Assembly: GCA_951406725.2 (NCBI GenBank)
Contig: OX597818.1
Location: 101,122,001-101,186,000, forward strand
DNA length: 64,000 nt
Direction of reading: 5' to 3'
From: Octopus vulgaris
Taxonomy: Eukaryota
The notes under the pieces are model-generated. The model saw only the letters and a program-made list of their open reading frames with translations. It was not told the DNA's origin and made no database searches. The position numbers and the translations under genes are program-made. How positions within the stretch are numbered: the stretch's first letter is position 1; each line of letters starts with the position of its first letter. Below, in pieces: positions 15,646 to 31,240 of the stretch.

Positions 15646-15949
15646 TTGCTTTAGTAACAGATATATGTTTACATGTTTATACAAACACAGTGTTATAACG
15701 CTACATACACCACTTACACATGTAAACAAAGAAATCAAAGTACGTTTCTAAAACCTTCGCTTACACACCAAATAATTACTAAATATGGATTTTTATATAC
15801 ATTCGAAGTATTAAAGAATAACCTGAAAGGATAGACTCCTCAAACGTCGAAGTCAATTCAGACAAAATGTTTGTCAAAATGTTTAAAGATGATCATTGTC
15901 TATTTTGAAAAACAAACACAAATATCTCTCATTAGACAACATCTTAATG

Positions 15950-17100
15950 ACTGAACATGTAAAACTTAAATGCAGAACTACAACAAGAGAAAACTACAAC
16001 CGGTTACATATAATGCAGACACGAACTTACAATGTAACGTGAAAAGCCTCGGATTTATGCAACGGATAAAAACTTTGTGGTACTCCAAACACCCAGAATT
16101 AGTTTTTTTCCCAAACCAGATAAATGAACAGGATCTAACATGAGATGTAAATTGATGCTTTTAATACAATTGTCTGATGCAAAGCAGTCTGACTCTACTA
16201 AACCAAAATCCAGTTATGCACACACAGAGCGGCCAGCTAAATGTAGCAGTAAAAACTCACACGATTAATATTGCTGAAATCTATAACTATACTGTAGAAA
16301 TAGAACTGAAAAGCTTTGGGACGTCTTACAAGTGATGTGGGATCATCTCGCAACAGGTCCGCGGCCTCCATCTGAACGACTGGTCAAAACAACATCAGTA
16401 AAAATATAGAATGCAATAAATAAGACGTGGAGACAATAAACAAAGTGGTAAGCAAGTATTTGGCGACTGCCCAATTCAGAGTAATGAAAATAATATACGA
16501 AACCATTAACATATTGATGTATGTCTCAGTTATTGCATTACTAGAGTATCACTAAAAGCTGGTGCCATGTACATGTGAAAAGAGAAATCATCAATAATCA
16601 TGGGCACGTAGATAATAAAATTTCGTTCATGTGAAGATGTGTCTTAGAGGTCATTGTGGTTATGAAATATAGCATATAGAACAACTTCACAAGACACCAG
16701 AAATACTTCAGCAAAAAGATAAAGAGCCTATTTAGTGATGCACGATTAAACAGACTAAGCTACAAACTGCACCAGGTGGAACAACAACTGGTCGCTACAA
16801 CTAAAATCACGGAAGTATAGATGTATTGCTTATAAACAAAAAGATCCTCAATAAATTACTTTCCAGAGATCCCGAGTCAGTCTATCGCAGCAGTAATGGC
16901 AAAGCTCAAGCACTGTAAAACACAATCGCACACAGAATCAGGTTAAGGGCTAATGGAGATATGCATGAGAAACAAGCGATAAATTCAACTGGCAAGGAGT
17001 AAAAGAACAAGCTAAGAAATTGGAGCCGGGCTACTGACAGCATGTCCAGTGAAAGCGATATGAATTGGGGAAGAAATATTGGAAACAGTTCTACAGGAAA
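15950..17100 (+). mobile_element. Highly decayed 5' part of an R4/Dong-like LINE ORF
   Basis: Fragments FMQRIKTLWYSKHPEL, INKVVSKYL..ETINILMYVSVIA and KLRNWS resemble the pre-RT region of this clade. Many stops. Confidence 0.4.
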
Positions 17101-17778
17101 TACAGAACAACAGATCCCCAAGTCCAGAAGTCATTTACCTTTCATCGTCGAGATCATATATCATACGACTGAATGCAGAAGGATTCAAGGGTCAAAAGAA
17201 ATGCCCCAGTGCTTATCAACTGCAACTACTTACCTTATAATTCAAAATATTTAAACCAATCTTTCTAAAATTTACTAATTCATAGACTGCCAGAAATTCA
17301 TGTACGAATTATTCATTTGGTGCATCAAACCCATTCTTTTTGCCGGGTGATCTTTCCACTAACACCATTATAATTTTAAAAAAAAGAAAGCGTGAATGCA
17401 GTGTGAAGCTTCTAATTGAACAAAATGATCCAAGAAAAAGAGTAAAAAGTTGTGGGAACTTAACTATAGTGTGGCTGAATTACTAGAAGCATTTTGAAAG
17501 CTACCACGTGGGGTATTATAAAATCTTTATAGTTAGCTGAAATCTCAAATCCAAGCAACATCATATGTCATATTATGACTTATTATTTCATAACATAGTA
17601 TATTACATACACACACGCGCGCACACACTCAGACAAACACATACAGGTTGGTTTTGGTGGTTGATATGCCGTGTGTGGTGACATATACATATGAGGGTGT
17701 GTGTAATTTACATGTATTTTATTTCACTTATGCTTATTGAATAATCGAATAGCAAAATATAACTATCTCTTTCTCTCG

Positions 17779-17836
<58 letters not shown>

Positions 17837-17858
17837 GTGAGTGCGCATGTGTGATGCG

Positions 17859-17908
<50 letters not shown>

Positions 17909-20674
17909 TATGTCTGTTTATGCTTATGTGTGCGAGTGTGGGACTATGCATGCCTATGTGTGTGTGTTAAAGCACTCTCTAACGATGTGATATTTATTTT
18001 GTTAGTTTTCTTTGGGGGTGATTGGTTCGTTGTGTTATTCAGATGTATTCTTTCTCGTGAAACTATATTTAGTATTGCCAACTTGGAAATCGAAAGGTCA
18101 ATATCATTTTATCAGCTATGCATAATTCTAATATTTGGCACTTGACTTTACCTCTTCGTGCAATACGTTTTCATACTTCTTCGTATCAAGTAAGTCTTTC
18201 CAAGAAAATTTTTTTATTTATCTGAAGTAGAAGGTCAAGATGCACCACTAGTCGTTTAGCATTCAACGAGCTGCAATTTGAGTTGGTAATAACTCTTATT
18301 ATTTTGCACTTCACTTATCAACTATGATAATGAACGACATAAGTCAGACAAATATAGGTAATCTTTAGATTTGATTATGTACGAGTATTGCAGGTTAAGA
18401 TATCTAGAATATATACAGATGCTATTATGTTAAACTGCAGTATGTCCAAATTTGGACAAATGCGTTATATTTAATATTAATTTTTGCATGCAATAGTCGG
18501 TTCTGTTGGTTAAACTATCGTATCTCCAACTGCTTCGGATGCCAAGATATCAAAAATTGTCGAAATGTAGTACAACGGTTTTGCTACGGAATGGTGAAAC
18601 TATATTTTGTTAACTAAAAAAGCAACGGTTTGGATTTATTACACTTTTACATAATTGCAATATTATATATTAGAACATCCATGAAGGCGTGATTAATTAT
18701 AATTCTGTCCTTTCGATGTAATCAACTTAATCCCCTTGTCTGCCCTTGTTTGTCCCTTCTGTGTTTAGCCCTTTGTGGGTAGTAAAGAAATATATAATTC
18801 TGTTGTGTGGACACCCCCAGACGATGAAGTAGACTAATTCAATACGTAGATATAGGGAGAAAAGTCTTAGCGTGTCGAGAGAGTGGAATTGTGTAGAGGT
18901 TATCCGAACGTGCGACATAACAAATTCACGTCGACAAAAATATCGCATTTACTAAAAGAATGCGAGCTGCTGCACAACAACAATCAAACTTTGTCATATT
19001 AATTACATTGTTTAACGGATATGCTGGATGAAACTGTTGCTTCGTATCATATATTATTACGCAAGTCTCTTAACTGAAATTATTGGAATGTTATGTCATA
19101 CTAATTCGAAAGAGATCCTTCGGGACATAAGTAAAATCATTCGATTCAGAATGGTGTGGAAATGATATTGCAAAGAAACTAATTAATACAAATCCCTCTC
19201 TATGATAATATTTTGGTCATCTATTATCAAATATCTGTTAATATGAATTTTATGATTGTTAAAAATAAGCTGATATCATAATATCAGTGTCAGCCAACTT
19301 CCAGAAGATATAACTTACCCTCTACCAGTATCTAATATATAATATTTTAGTAGGCATTTTTCTGATGAAATGATTATCTATTTGTATGGCATAACGCACA
19401 TATTATGAATAAATTAGCATGCGCTTTAAAACAGGGAACATACTATGGTATAATTCCGACAAAATATGACGAATGTGATTATATAAACAATTTTTCCCGG
19501 TTGCGATTACACCTCGAATGTCGTTAGATGACCTGGATTCTTCAATAACAAAAACATTGATGTCAATGATAATTCTAATTAATAGTTATATTAATTCTCA
19601 AATGGTTATGAATTAATTCATTTTACGGACAATATATTATCCGTGAGTGCAGGGATAATAATTGTTTGAAAATATTTCTCTCACTTTTGCAAATCACAAA
19701 CAGAAGTTACGAGTGGAAGCAATCAAAATACACTGTAACATAGTAAACATGCAGGATTACATAATGATAGAAAATATAACACTAGAATTACGACAGAATA
19801 TTGTTTTCAAATCAGGGAGTCATGTTTAAATATTTTTAGGAAATTGAAGATTCCGAAATCTCTTTGTATATAAGGAAGTTAGTGAAAATTTTAGTAACTT
19901 TTGCTCGATATAAAATGAGTTCGTAAATATTTTTTCCGATGTACAGTATATTAATTTGGTATTTCAGAGCAGGAAATTGTCATATGCTATATAGTTCAAA
20001 GTACGTTTAAAATGTTCATTCGTAGATGGTATTACACTAAATGTGAATTTAAGCAACGCATTCCTTAGAAATATGTATAACTTTTCTAATTATCATACAA
20101 AACTTAGAGATTGCAGGAATGATATTCAAACACGGTGCATTATTTATCATTTATTGTGACATTAAATAAACAATACGATTAAAGAAGGAAATCGAACATA
20201 CAATTTATATCAAGTGAAACAACGAAACTGATGGGTTATTTCGTATATCACGTTGTTTCATCACCTTTATTGAAAGCGGTGGGGAATTTCATTCGAAAGC
20301 GGTTTTGTATAAAAAGGGTTGATACATATAGTTTAGATACCTAATGTCATTAATAGTTCACTTCTTGCTGCAGCTATTGACAGGCTCATCGATCGTTTCT
20401 TCAAACTAATCAAATAAGTAATATCTACTCAACTCACTAAATTGGTCTAATTGAAAATGTCCAAGGTAAACTTATATTCTGAAACAAAACATGCTTTGAC
20501 AGGTAATATCGTGTATGGAGTAATAAGCATCTACTACAAATGGATATAGAAAGCGTAAATTAAACGAAGTAGAAAACGGGATATATAACTCTCATGCGTA
20601 TACACACACGCTTATTTATACACGTCGTTGGGAATCACCTGTATACACATGTGTATACACATACACACACACAT

Positions 20675-20708
<34 letters not shown>

Positions 20709-21072
20709 CTTTATTCTTACAACACAGCTACGCTTACACCTGTGTATATATATATATATACATACACAGACACACACAAGTATGTATATATATATACATA
20801 TATATATATTGTTTAAATCTATAGAAAAACCAAAAGACGCAGACAGGTGTCTGAACAGGTGTATGACCAACAAGCAAGCGTAATTGTCTGACGCTCGAGA
20901 AAAATGAATATGTCTTTAACGTTTCGAGCCTACACTCCTCAGCAGGAAGAAAAAGTGCCAAGAAAAAGGGAGAGAATGAAAAAACTGTGTAGAGTTCTGC
21001 GGCCCAGCATGCAGATGTGCGTATATACATATATACGCATATATATTCGCATAAATCTGTGTTATATATATA

Positions 21073-21154
<82 letters not shown>

Positions 21155-21371
21155 TACTAAATATTAGGGAATAAATCCAAATTTGCAGGGGAAAAAATCA
21201 GATTTAGGATTAAATCCAATTTTATAGTAAAATATTATATAATATTAATTCGAGACAAAACCACTATTTTGCAAATCAAACAATTTATGTATACATATAT
21301 ATATATCTATATATATATATATAGATATATATATGTATACATAAATTAAAACTGATTAGAAGATCGGAAAT

Positions 21372-21415
21372 CCACCTGACGAATGTCATTTGAAGACATG
21401 AAACAATTGTAGTGG
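21372..21415 (+). ncRNA. Intact minimal type I hammerhead ribozyme
   Basis: ccac-CTGACGA-atgtc[atttgaa]gacat-GAAA-caatt-GTA-gtgg. Stems I and II pair fully, stem III is the palindrome ACAATTGT, predicted cleavage after 21411. Confidence 0.88.
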
Positions 21416-21513
21416 CGGTTTATTTACTTTATATTCAAATTTTTTATGTATTGATTAAGTTTTTCCTTGTTTGATTTGCAAAATAGTGGTTTTGTCTCGA
21501 ATTAATATTAGAA

Positions 21514-21569
<56 letters not shown>

Positions 21570-21999
21570 TAGTGGTTTTATCTCTAATTTATATTTTATG
21601 TCTTTCGTATCTGTGTGAAGTTGAACCATTTTCTATTAACAGATAGGAGCTTGATGAAATGACTGTTGATTTGTATGACATGATGCACAAATTTGGAATA
21701 ATTGTCAAGCTAGTGATATATATTGAGGAGAGACTGAAAATACTTTTTTTCATTCATCTCATTTTTCTTTATATTATTGCTTACACAATTAAAATACTCA
21801 TTGAGAATAAAGCTGAGTAGTACTTGATATTGTTAAGTTATCACTTCTAAACATGCGAAGGAATCCAGATTTGCACCTAATTATATGATAAAATAATCAT
21901 TTTATTATTGTCCTTAGATTCTCTAACGTTTGTGCAACACATGCTGAAATTCACCTGCCTAATAAACGCAATCCACGTGTTCCTCATGTATATGTGTGT

Positions 22000-22403
22000 C
22001 TGTGTGGGAAGTAGTTTGCTTACCAGGCACATGGTTCAGGGTTCGGTTTCTCTGAGTGGCATCTTGGGTATCTGTCTTCTACTATAGCCTCGGGCCGGCC
22101 AAAGCCTTGTGAGTGGATTTGATAAACCGAAACTGAAAGAAGCCCGTCGTATATATATATGTATATATATAGCTCTGTGTCTGTGTCTGCGTGTTTATGT
22201 TTGAGCATCTATTTTTTTCGCCATCATCACTTGACAGCCGCTGTTGATGTGTGACGTCCCCGTTACATAGCGGTTCGGAAAAATATACCGATAGAATAAT
22301 ACTACTCTTACAAAAATAAATCTTGGGGTCGATATATTCGACTAGAGGCGATGCTCCAGCATATCTGCAGTCAAACAGTCAAATGAATGAAAAGAATAAA
22401 AGA
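22000..22403 (+). mobile_element. SINE family A (diverged)
   Basis: Family body and tail are recognisable. Confidence 0.8.
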
Positions 22404-22479
22404 AAACAACTATACATATAATAATAATAATAATAATAAAAATATTTCTCCTATGAGAGCATTATGTAATTAACTTCTA

Positions 22480-22660
22480 ACTTTGGCACAAGGCCAGTAA
22501 TCTGGGGAAGGGTTCTCAGTCGGTTGTATCGATCACAGTTATCAATGCTTATCAATGCTTCGGAAATGATGAAAGTTCGGTAGAAGTTTTATTTAGAACG
22601 TAAATACAGACGAAATGTTGCTAAACATTTTCCCCTGGTGAGCTAATGAATATGCCGGCA
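22480..22660 (-). mobile_element. SINE family B, decayed fragment
   Basis: GGCACAAGGCC..AGACGAAATG..GCTAAACATTT resembles 15260-15430. Confidence 0.5.
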
Positions 22661-23152
22661 AACCAGCAACAAAATTGACATATATTGATAACGTATTTTG
22701 GCACTATATACACGCAGTGAATGTTTCTATATGTAAGTCAATTTAATGAAATTAAAATGATTTCCAAATTACCAAGCTGTTATACAATAAAACTGAAAGT
22801 TATAATTTAAAATATGCTCATTATATCATATTTCATTCTAAATAAAACAAATATATTACCCAAATTATACTGTTATATCGTTATTTCTGAATAACCTATA
22901 GAATGTTGTTGCTATATCATGCATTGCTGTATAAATAGACATGTTACCCTACATACAAAACAAATACTACGTGGATTCAAAAATTCTAACATATATTTGT
23001 AAGTATTTATTCATCTTACATTTTGTCATAATTTATATGTAAGCTTGGTGCTGTAGATACACACACAAAGACACAGACGGCACTCATAAACAACCATATA
23101 CATATACACTTACAATCTCAGGTTTATAAACACATATGAATACAGATTTATA

Positions 23153-23200
<48 letters not shown>

Positions 23201-23248
23201 GTATATATACATATATACATATATATATATACACACATATATATATAC

Positions 23249-23279
<31 letters not shown>

Positions 23280-23413
23280 CAAACATACATATATATGTAT
23301 GTATAGACAGATAAATATATAGAGAGATAGGTAGATCTCTATTAATTTAACATGATTGTATCTTTATATTCTAGTATGAATCAAGATACACGCACACACA
23401 CATACATATGTGT

Positions 23414-23468
<55 letters not shown>

Positions 23469-23678
23469 TAAATGAAATGAAACATATGCATATACATAAA
23501 CATATATGTACGTACATACCTCTACATGTACATATACACGCATATATGAGTACAGGACACCAAAGGGACGTCGAACACAAAGAGAAACGAAAACATAGAC
23601 ACAAACCAAAGGAACAGGACAATTAACACAACGAAAAAAACCCTTCTTCAGTCGCTAAGGTGTCATCTACTCTACGTT

Positions 23679-23733
<55 letters not shown>

Positions 23734-23974
23734 ATAGTAGTGGTAAGACAACAAAAGAATGAAAGAGACCTCGATATTATGTAAATAGAGGAATTTATTT
23801 GTAATACAATGGGACAATTGTTTGGTTGCCATGATAAAACTCCGAGTTTCGGATGTCGGGGTAGGTTTCCGTCCACGACATCTGAGTTCTATCATGGCAA
23901 CCGTATAATTGTCACATATTATATTACACACACACAGATATATATATATATATATATATATAGTCATCAAAAAA

Positions 23975-24017
<43 letters not shown>

Positions 24018-24356
24018 CACACGCATGCACACCTATATCTATCTATATTTCTATTTGAAGTTACTCTTTCAGTATTCATAATATAATGTTGTGAAGGAAA
24101 GTAGCCTCATAATTCAAAACCGTTTACTAGTAATAGCTGTTTACAGCTTTATCAATGTTCCTCTAAATAACTTTTGGTTAACCTTAAAAAGAAATATTTT
24201 TTTGATTGTGAATTCTGAAAATATTTTTGTTTTAATATATGTATCTGTGTTCTTCATTAAATATATCTAATTTTACCATCTCAATGAAATGTTGTCAAAG
24301 CGACATTCAAATCTATTCAGCTATTTAACAAAGGCATAAATATTGTATGAATCCAC

Positions 24357-24419
24357 ATTCCCTGATGAGAATTAATATTGGGTTTTAATTACTAAGATAA
24401 AAATTAAAACGTAAGGAAG
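24357..24419 (+). ncRNA. Degenerate hammerhead motif
   Basis: attcc-CTGATGA-gaatt...aatt-AAAA-c-GTA-aggaa. GAAA is mutated. Lies in a segment bracketed by (TA)n tracts. Confidence 0.35.
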
Positions 24420-24738
24420 GAATACATTGTTTCTATGACTGGCGGTAGTATTATGCGATAGCATGCATTAGCTGAGGAACTATAATCATACAGTAATCAT
24501 GAATAATTTTATTCATATAAATATTAATCACATACATAATGAAATACCACCAGAGGCATCGCAAACATGTACTCAATCCCATTCGAGTATTGATCATAAC
24601 CAATTTTCAGAAATCCTGCCTGTTACTTGCAAAAACTGTGATTTCTTAGTCATTCTTAATTTCTTATGAACTATCTCTAAGTAGGCAGTTGATATTGCAA
24701 TCTTGTTACTCATGATATATAAAGACAATAGAATCATG

Positions 24739-24779
<41 letters not shown>

Positions 24780-24793
24780 TGTGTGTGTGTTTG

Positions 24794-24845
<52 letters not shown>

Positions 24846-25609
24846 TATATATATCTAAGTGAAAATGCTTTAAATACTACCAAACGTACACATAGGACAG
24901 ACACGTGAACCCTAATACTTCATCAATTATCGACCGAAATGTACAAATACCTAGTTTCATGCCTTTAACGATAAGACTAGGAACTTTGTATATCGATGGC
25001 ACCCGCAATATTTGCGGAGGATTAGGGGTGGAACAAAGGAAATTATACAGCATGGACGTACGAAAATAAACAACAGTAATTTGAAACTATACACGAAGAC
25101 AATAAATAAATATGGCCTCAGGGACAAACACGTTTCTGATGGATCAACGACTGTGAAAAGTCTTCAAATGAATATAAAGATCAGAATTGAGAGGAGAATA
25201 AAGAGGGGAAGAAAAAATAATAGAATTGAGAAAAGAGAAATGTTTGACCAGCACGCAAGGCGTCAAGTGGCAAAAAAGCAGAAGAAAGAAAATCAGTCTC
25301 TGGTCACGTGTGGGTACAGATATAACGGAAGGAAGGAGTGGCAGAGAGGGAACAGAAGGAGAAAGGTAGATAGTCTACAATTAAGTGTAAGAAGACGAGT
25401 GATAGGGAGAGAGGGAGTTTCGATGATAGAGAAAGAATATTAAGAAGATAGACAAAGAAGGAAAGAGTCGCAGAAACTGTATACAAACGTACTGTTAACA
25501 AAAGTCGGGATATAGATCATCCAATGGAGCCCGAATTGTTCGAAAATCTCGCGGATGCCACCGATATACGAAATTCCTACTCTTATTGTTAAAAGCACGA
25601 CACTAAGTA

Positions 25610-25790
25610 TTAGCATTTTTCGGTCGATGAATTATTAGGATCCTGGTGTCTGTCCTACGTATACGTTTTTTAGTAAACGATGAGAATTGAATTCCAGCTC
25701 GGCGGGATTTGAACTAAGCACATAAAGGCATTTGAAATGCCGCTAAGCATTCTTTTCGGTGTACTAAAACTCCCACCATCTCACCGCCTT
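25610..25790 (-). mobile_element. SINE family B, decayed
   Basis: CTCGGCGGGATTTGAACT..GAAATGCCGCTAAGCATT..CCGCC matches the family head. Confidence 0.55.
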
Positions 25791-26439
25791 CACCCATATA
25801 CCAAGACATCTTAACCTAACTGATTTACGTCTATATTACAAACGAAAAGTATATTTCTTTTTTCGTATTCATCAGAGATATGACGATGCCTGTTATATTT
25901 AATACGTCTTTTTCATGATGTCAAGAATCCCCTCATCAATGCTGAAGAATTTGTCCCTCCAAAAATACCACATTTTTATATACATTATAAAGCATTCTGT
26001 TACACCGTAATATAAATATTTGCTTTGAAGCTATTAAATCTACAGAGATAATTTTAATGTAGTCAGTACCTATTGAAAATCTATCACAATACGAAGTAAT
26101 GTGCTCAATCCCTTCTTGTCTGTGGAGATAAGGTTATAGATGAATAAAGTTGCATGGAAAAATGATACGCATATTTACGTAAGATATATGTTAAAATATT
26201 ATTTTAGTATTTTCTCACATTCCATCTGTGGAGCTTTTGACGTGTGAAATATTTCTTATTAATCACGTCTATACATGCCTTGAGTTGTGTTTTATTTTTG
26301 CTGTAAACTAATATAGAAAAATTATCGGTTGTTTTAGGATAAATTTAGGATTTAGAATACACAACAATTAATCGCTCAACTACCTTGCGACATCTTCATC
26401 ACCCGGTTTTTAACATCGATGTGATATTAGGTAATTTAA

Positions 26440-26746
26440 CCCCTACCCAACAATTATTTTGAAAATAAATGTATTTTTTCAGACATATCTTTTAATTGTT
26501 TTATTTTACTATGTTTTGAATGGTGATTTCGAGGTATATTTCAAACCTTATTTATTATGAATTTTAATTCAATAATATTGATTTTAAATTACCGCTTTGG
26601 GCAGAAACGAGTTAACCCGTTTTTAGACGAAGGAACTCATTTGCTGTCGATTTTGGCGAGTCTATCTATTGACGAGTTAACTCGCCAGAGATAGAAAAAT
26701 ACGATTTCGGTCAAAACGCATATGTTTGTTTCTGCCGGGTAAGGGG
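26440..26746. mobile_element. piggyBac-type MITE
   Basis: TTAA|CCCCTACCC ... GGGTAAGGGG|TTAA (TTAA at 26436-39 and 26747-50). Internal palindrome CGAGTTAACTCG. Confidence 0.6.
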
Positions 26747-29700
26747 TTAAAGCGTACATTGTTAAAAAAATCGGATCATATATATTTAATAATGAAATTC
26801 GTAATGTAATACGAAACACAATAAAGATGAAAATAACTTCACAAAATTAGAGTATATATGGCAGAGTGTATATTTGGTTGTTTGTGAATAGAGAGCTGTG
26901 AAACATTTATCTCTGCATTAAGTGTAAATATATATAGAATGAAATCTAACCACTAAAATTATAATTGAATCACATTTGGGGGTAAATTTTCCAGTATAAT
27001 TAATATTAACCACCACATCTGTGCTTAATTATAATATGCATAATTACTCTGCAAGAATATCTGATTTGGCTATACTATAAATGATATACCGATATGGCTA
27101 AAGCAAGTAAAATGACTGCTGCTTCACCTCAATTCTATACAGAGTCAGTTGACTACTGTTAGGTAACGAAGAATTAAAAGAAAATATATTACCACTAGCA
27201 TCTTACACCACTGCTACATAGTCGAGTATTAAATTCAAACTAAATTATGATAAAATCAGAATAGTGAAGAAAAAATGAAAAAGAAATGAAAATCATCTTC
27301 AACTCATTAAATTCGGTCCGTATACACACAAGACAATGTTCGTGAATATTTAAGCTATTTTTGCATATTCTGTCTAGCATTATTACATGTTAATTAACAA
27401 ATTATGATTGTAAATATCGCTTAAATGTAAACATCGTTATAAATGACTTTGTTACAAGCAAACAAATCACACCTAAAGTGTATGCCTCTGAAAGAAACCT
27501 TTATCTAATCTTGTTATTGAATCGTGTTGACATATTTGCCTTTTAACGGTAGCATACATACATATACTTGCACATACATACACACATACCTATACACGTA
27601 AGTGCATGCTTACATATTTACAAAACAATACAGTTATAAGTATGCACACACAAATACGCAAGTGTGTCTGTGTTAATTTTTGTTAGCGAAACTGCATACG
27701 CTTCTGTGTATTTATCTATTCACGTGTCTGTATGTGTGATTTTTCTGTATTCGGTACAGCACCGCGGGGACTATACTTTCACTTTACAATCATCATATAC
27801 GTTAATGAAATCACGTCGCGTTTAATTAATTTGATATGCTTTCAAGAAAATAATTAGCTACATTTCGTGAAGAACAATCGTTCTATAAAATTAAATTTTT
27901 GTGATAAGATATTTGCTATCAAACTGAATATGAAACGTAGATATCTAATTGAATATAAATAATTACTAAGCGAATCACTAGTCAAGAACCTAGGTATATA
28001 TTTTATGTTTTGTCCTTTAAAATTTACCAAATTAGAAACTTTATATAAGTATGAAATATCTTGCAATGACCAATCATTCTAAGCCAATATTATTGCATGA
28101 ATGGTATTGCCCTGGTACATTTATTTTGACACAAATTTATTAAAAGTCTTTAGGAAGTGAGTACATAATATCATTATCTGTAACTTCATACTATTCCATT
28201 TCATTTCTAGTGTATGTTATAAGGGATTTCAGACTGAACATCATTATTAAAAAATAGTTTCTACGGCGAAATGTTCATAAGTGATTTCACTAAAGCAGAC
28301 TCCCAGCCTCAAAGATAAGTTCCAAGCAATGTTACGACATGAAAAAGTACACCATGCATCTGCTAAAGAACATTTGTTCCCAGTCACCTAGATTACTGCA
28401 TCGAAATATGTTCGCCAGAAAGCGTCAATTTAATAACAGAATTCGAGGCAATCCAAAGCCAATTACAGAAAGAAGATTCACCTGATGAAGAAGGAGAGGT
28501 TCAAAGAAATGAAGCACTATACCCTAGAGAGAAAATGTTACACATATGCATTGATATACACTTACATACACATAAACAAGTAGCGTTGATGGTGATGCCC
28601 TTGAGACTGTAAACCAGTAACTTCAGTTTGGAAAAGCACATCGATCACACTTGATTGTTGAATTCTGGTACAAGAAGCTAACCATGAGCCGGTCATCTCT
28701 TATGTACCTGTACCAGCCAGCTCTCAATTTGAATAGTAGCTCACCACTCTGGTTATTGTCTCTGGCAGAGACAATACTGATCCCCAAAAGCAGATCCGAC
28801 AGCATGGCAAGACACAACCGGTCACTTGCTTGCCAGAACTCAGTGTATACGATATGTACTGCATGTTTAAACGGCTTCCTCAAAGTTGATTGTGAAAGTA
28901 ATAACACCATCACTGCAACACAAGCAACTGGCAAGAAGGGCGTCTGAGGATGTGTCGAGTAATGGTTGATAAACAAAACTGTAATCTGAGAGGTGTGAGA
29001 ATATATGAGGAGCCTAATTTCCCTGTAGCTGGACAAGAAATCCTTTGACTCTGTGCCCTACTCATACTAAAAGCCCCTCGACTTGTTAAATTCCAGAGAC
29101 CATAGACTATGTCATCACCGTGGGACATCATCTTGAAGGGATGATTTTATTATCACTGAGAGAATACTGTATCTCAGAGGTACATTCCAAATGGGCATGC
29201 TCCCTGTCATGCTGTTTATACTCGCTCCAACCCCATTTTCATTCATGTTAAGCAAGTCTTAACGGTATCTCACTTGTGCACAAAGGAAAAGAAATGCAAA
29301 AACTACAGACTATTTCTTTCTGGATGACTTGAAACTAAATGCCAAAAATATGCATGAGATGACAAAGAGCCTTGATCTGGTTACAACATTCTCAAATAAT
29401 ATAGCTTTGGTTTTTGTTCAGAACAAATGTTGCTAAATGGTTGTTAAAGAAGGAGACACTGTAAACCTGACGAGCAGCATTTCAATCGATGACTTAACTG
29501 CTTTCCCTATATCTAACAGGAAATGTTACAGGTAACTAGACGGAGATGGAGCCAAAACTTTCGATGGTACCTGGAACAAGACACGTGTCAATAAAATATA
29601 TTAGAGTCGGTTAAAGAAAATATGGATCCTGAAACACACTCCTTTAATTAAAGGATTGGTCTACAATGTGTTAGCAGAACCAGTGCTCATACAATGATTC

Positions 29701-30408
29701 GGGCTACTTCATTGGACTTGCGAGGCTTTGATGTGAATAGCCGTAATATACAAACCAGGTTACATTGTCTACATCAACAGCAAAGAAGATCAACTCTACC
29801 TAAAACTAAAATAAGTAGGCAGAGGTTATTGTAAATATTACGTGACATCATAGCTATAAGTCCACTAAAATTACTGCTAAAATTATGTTTAAAACGTGTT
29901 TTGTTTCTTCGAATTCTATGCTTGCAGCCGGTGGCTCAGAAAATGCATATGTTTTAACTTATAGGAAAAACATTTACGAAATTTTTGTTGTTATAGAAAT
30001 ATAAACGTCGAGGAAAAGTATTTGTATCATCAATGAATGTAAATACCAAGATGGGTGTTTACATTACGGTAAGGATTTGGTAGATAATTTCTCAACGTTA
30101 ATACAAGTTTCTGGGATTAAATTGGTCTGTACATGAGTTTGTTATAGGCTAAGTATATGCATAAATTTGGATCAGGTGATTATAATAATTAGCAAAACAG
30201 TGACGAACCTTGATTACAGATGCTTGAAAACTACGATATTTATATTTTTAAGATTCTCCTCGTTAGATAGAAAAGAAGCAGAAGATGGGAAGGGCAAATA
30301 TATGTGTATGTGCGTATATATGCGTGTGTGCGCGCATGTGCCTGCGCACGTTTTGTGTATATATATATATACAAACATGCATACTTTTACATATACATGT
30401 ATATATAC

Positions 30409-30467
<59 letters not shown>

Positions 30468-30742
30468 TATATATGTGTATATAAATAAATATATATATAT
30501 GTGTGTGTGTATGTGTGTGTGTGTTTGTATGCGTGTGCGTACATGCATACATAGATACATAGATGCTAAAACGGAAGCCTTTGACAGCCTGCCTGTGTAT
30601 ATAAATACATATATGCCTTGAAAATTTGTGAACATTGTTATATGCTTTGCATATATATATTCACACATGCAGACACCAGAAAGACACATACACTTATATA
30701 CATGTATATATATATATATATTTATATATACACATACATGTG

Positions 30743-30816
<74 letters not shown>

Positions 30817-31154
30817 CGTGTTTGCGTAATTTTACATTTTCCTAACATCATTTAAATCATATTCATGGAAAGAAAATCATATGCAAGCAACATTTCATTA
30901 GGTTCAATGTTCAGCCATACTTGAGGCACTACCTAGTTATGCAATTTGCTGAGTTAGCTGATTTCAAAATTATATAACAGCCTCATTAGTATTAAATAGA
31001 AATGATCAGATACCAGTAAATAGGAAGAAATATGGATGCTGAATAACAGACATTACTTATGTACTCGAAAACAGGTACGGCGCACAAAAATTACTGGTTA
31101 TGTATTATGGTTACTCAGTAGTACAGTCTCAAAAATGTATGTACATAGAATACA

Positions 31155-31240
31155 TCATACACATACATATATCATACACATACATATATCATACACATAC
31201 ATATATCATACACATACATATATCATACACATACATATAT
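31155..31240. repeat. 17-bp minisatellite (CATACACATACATATAT) x ~5
   Basis: Direct reading. Confidence 0.85.

Noticed and set aside
25012-25443. 143-aa Lys/Arg-rich ORF (also 5708-6046)
   Set aside because: Purine-rich antisense of probable PLE 3' UTR sequence, low complexity.
28482-28510. CTGATGA..GAAA motifs here and at 25869, 31582 and 47592
   Set aside because: No pairing stems. Most lie within decayed coding sequence and are expected by chance.
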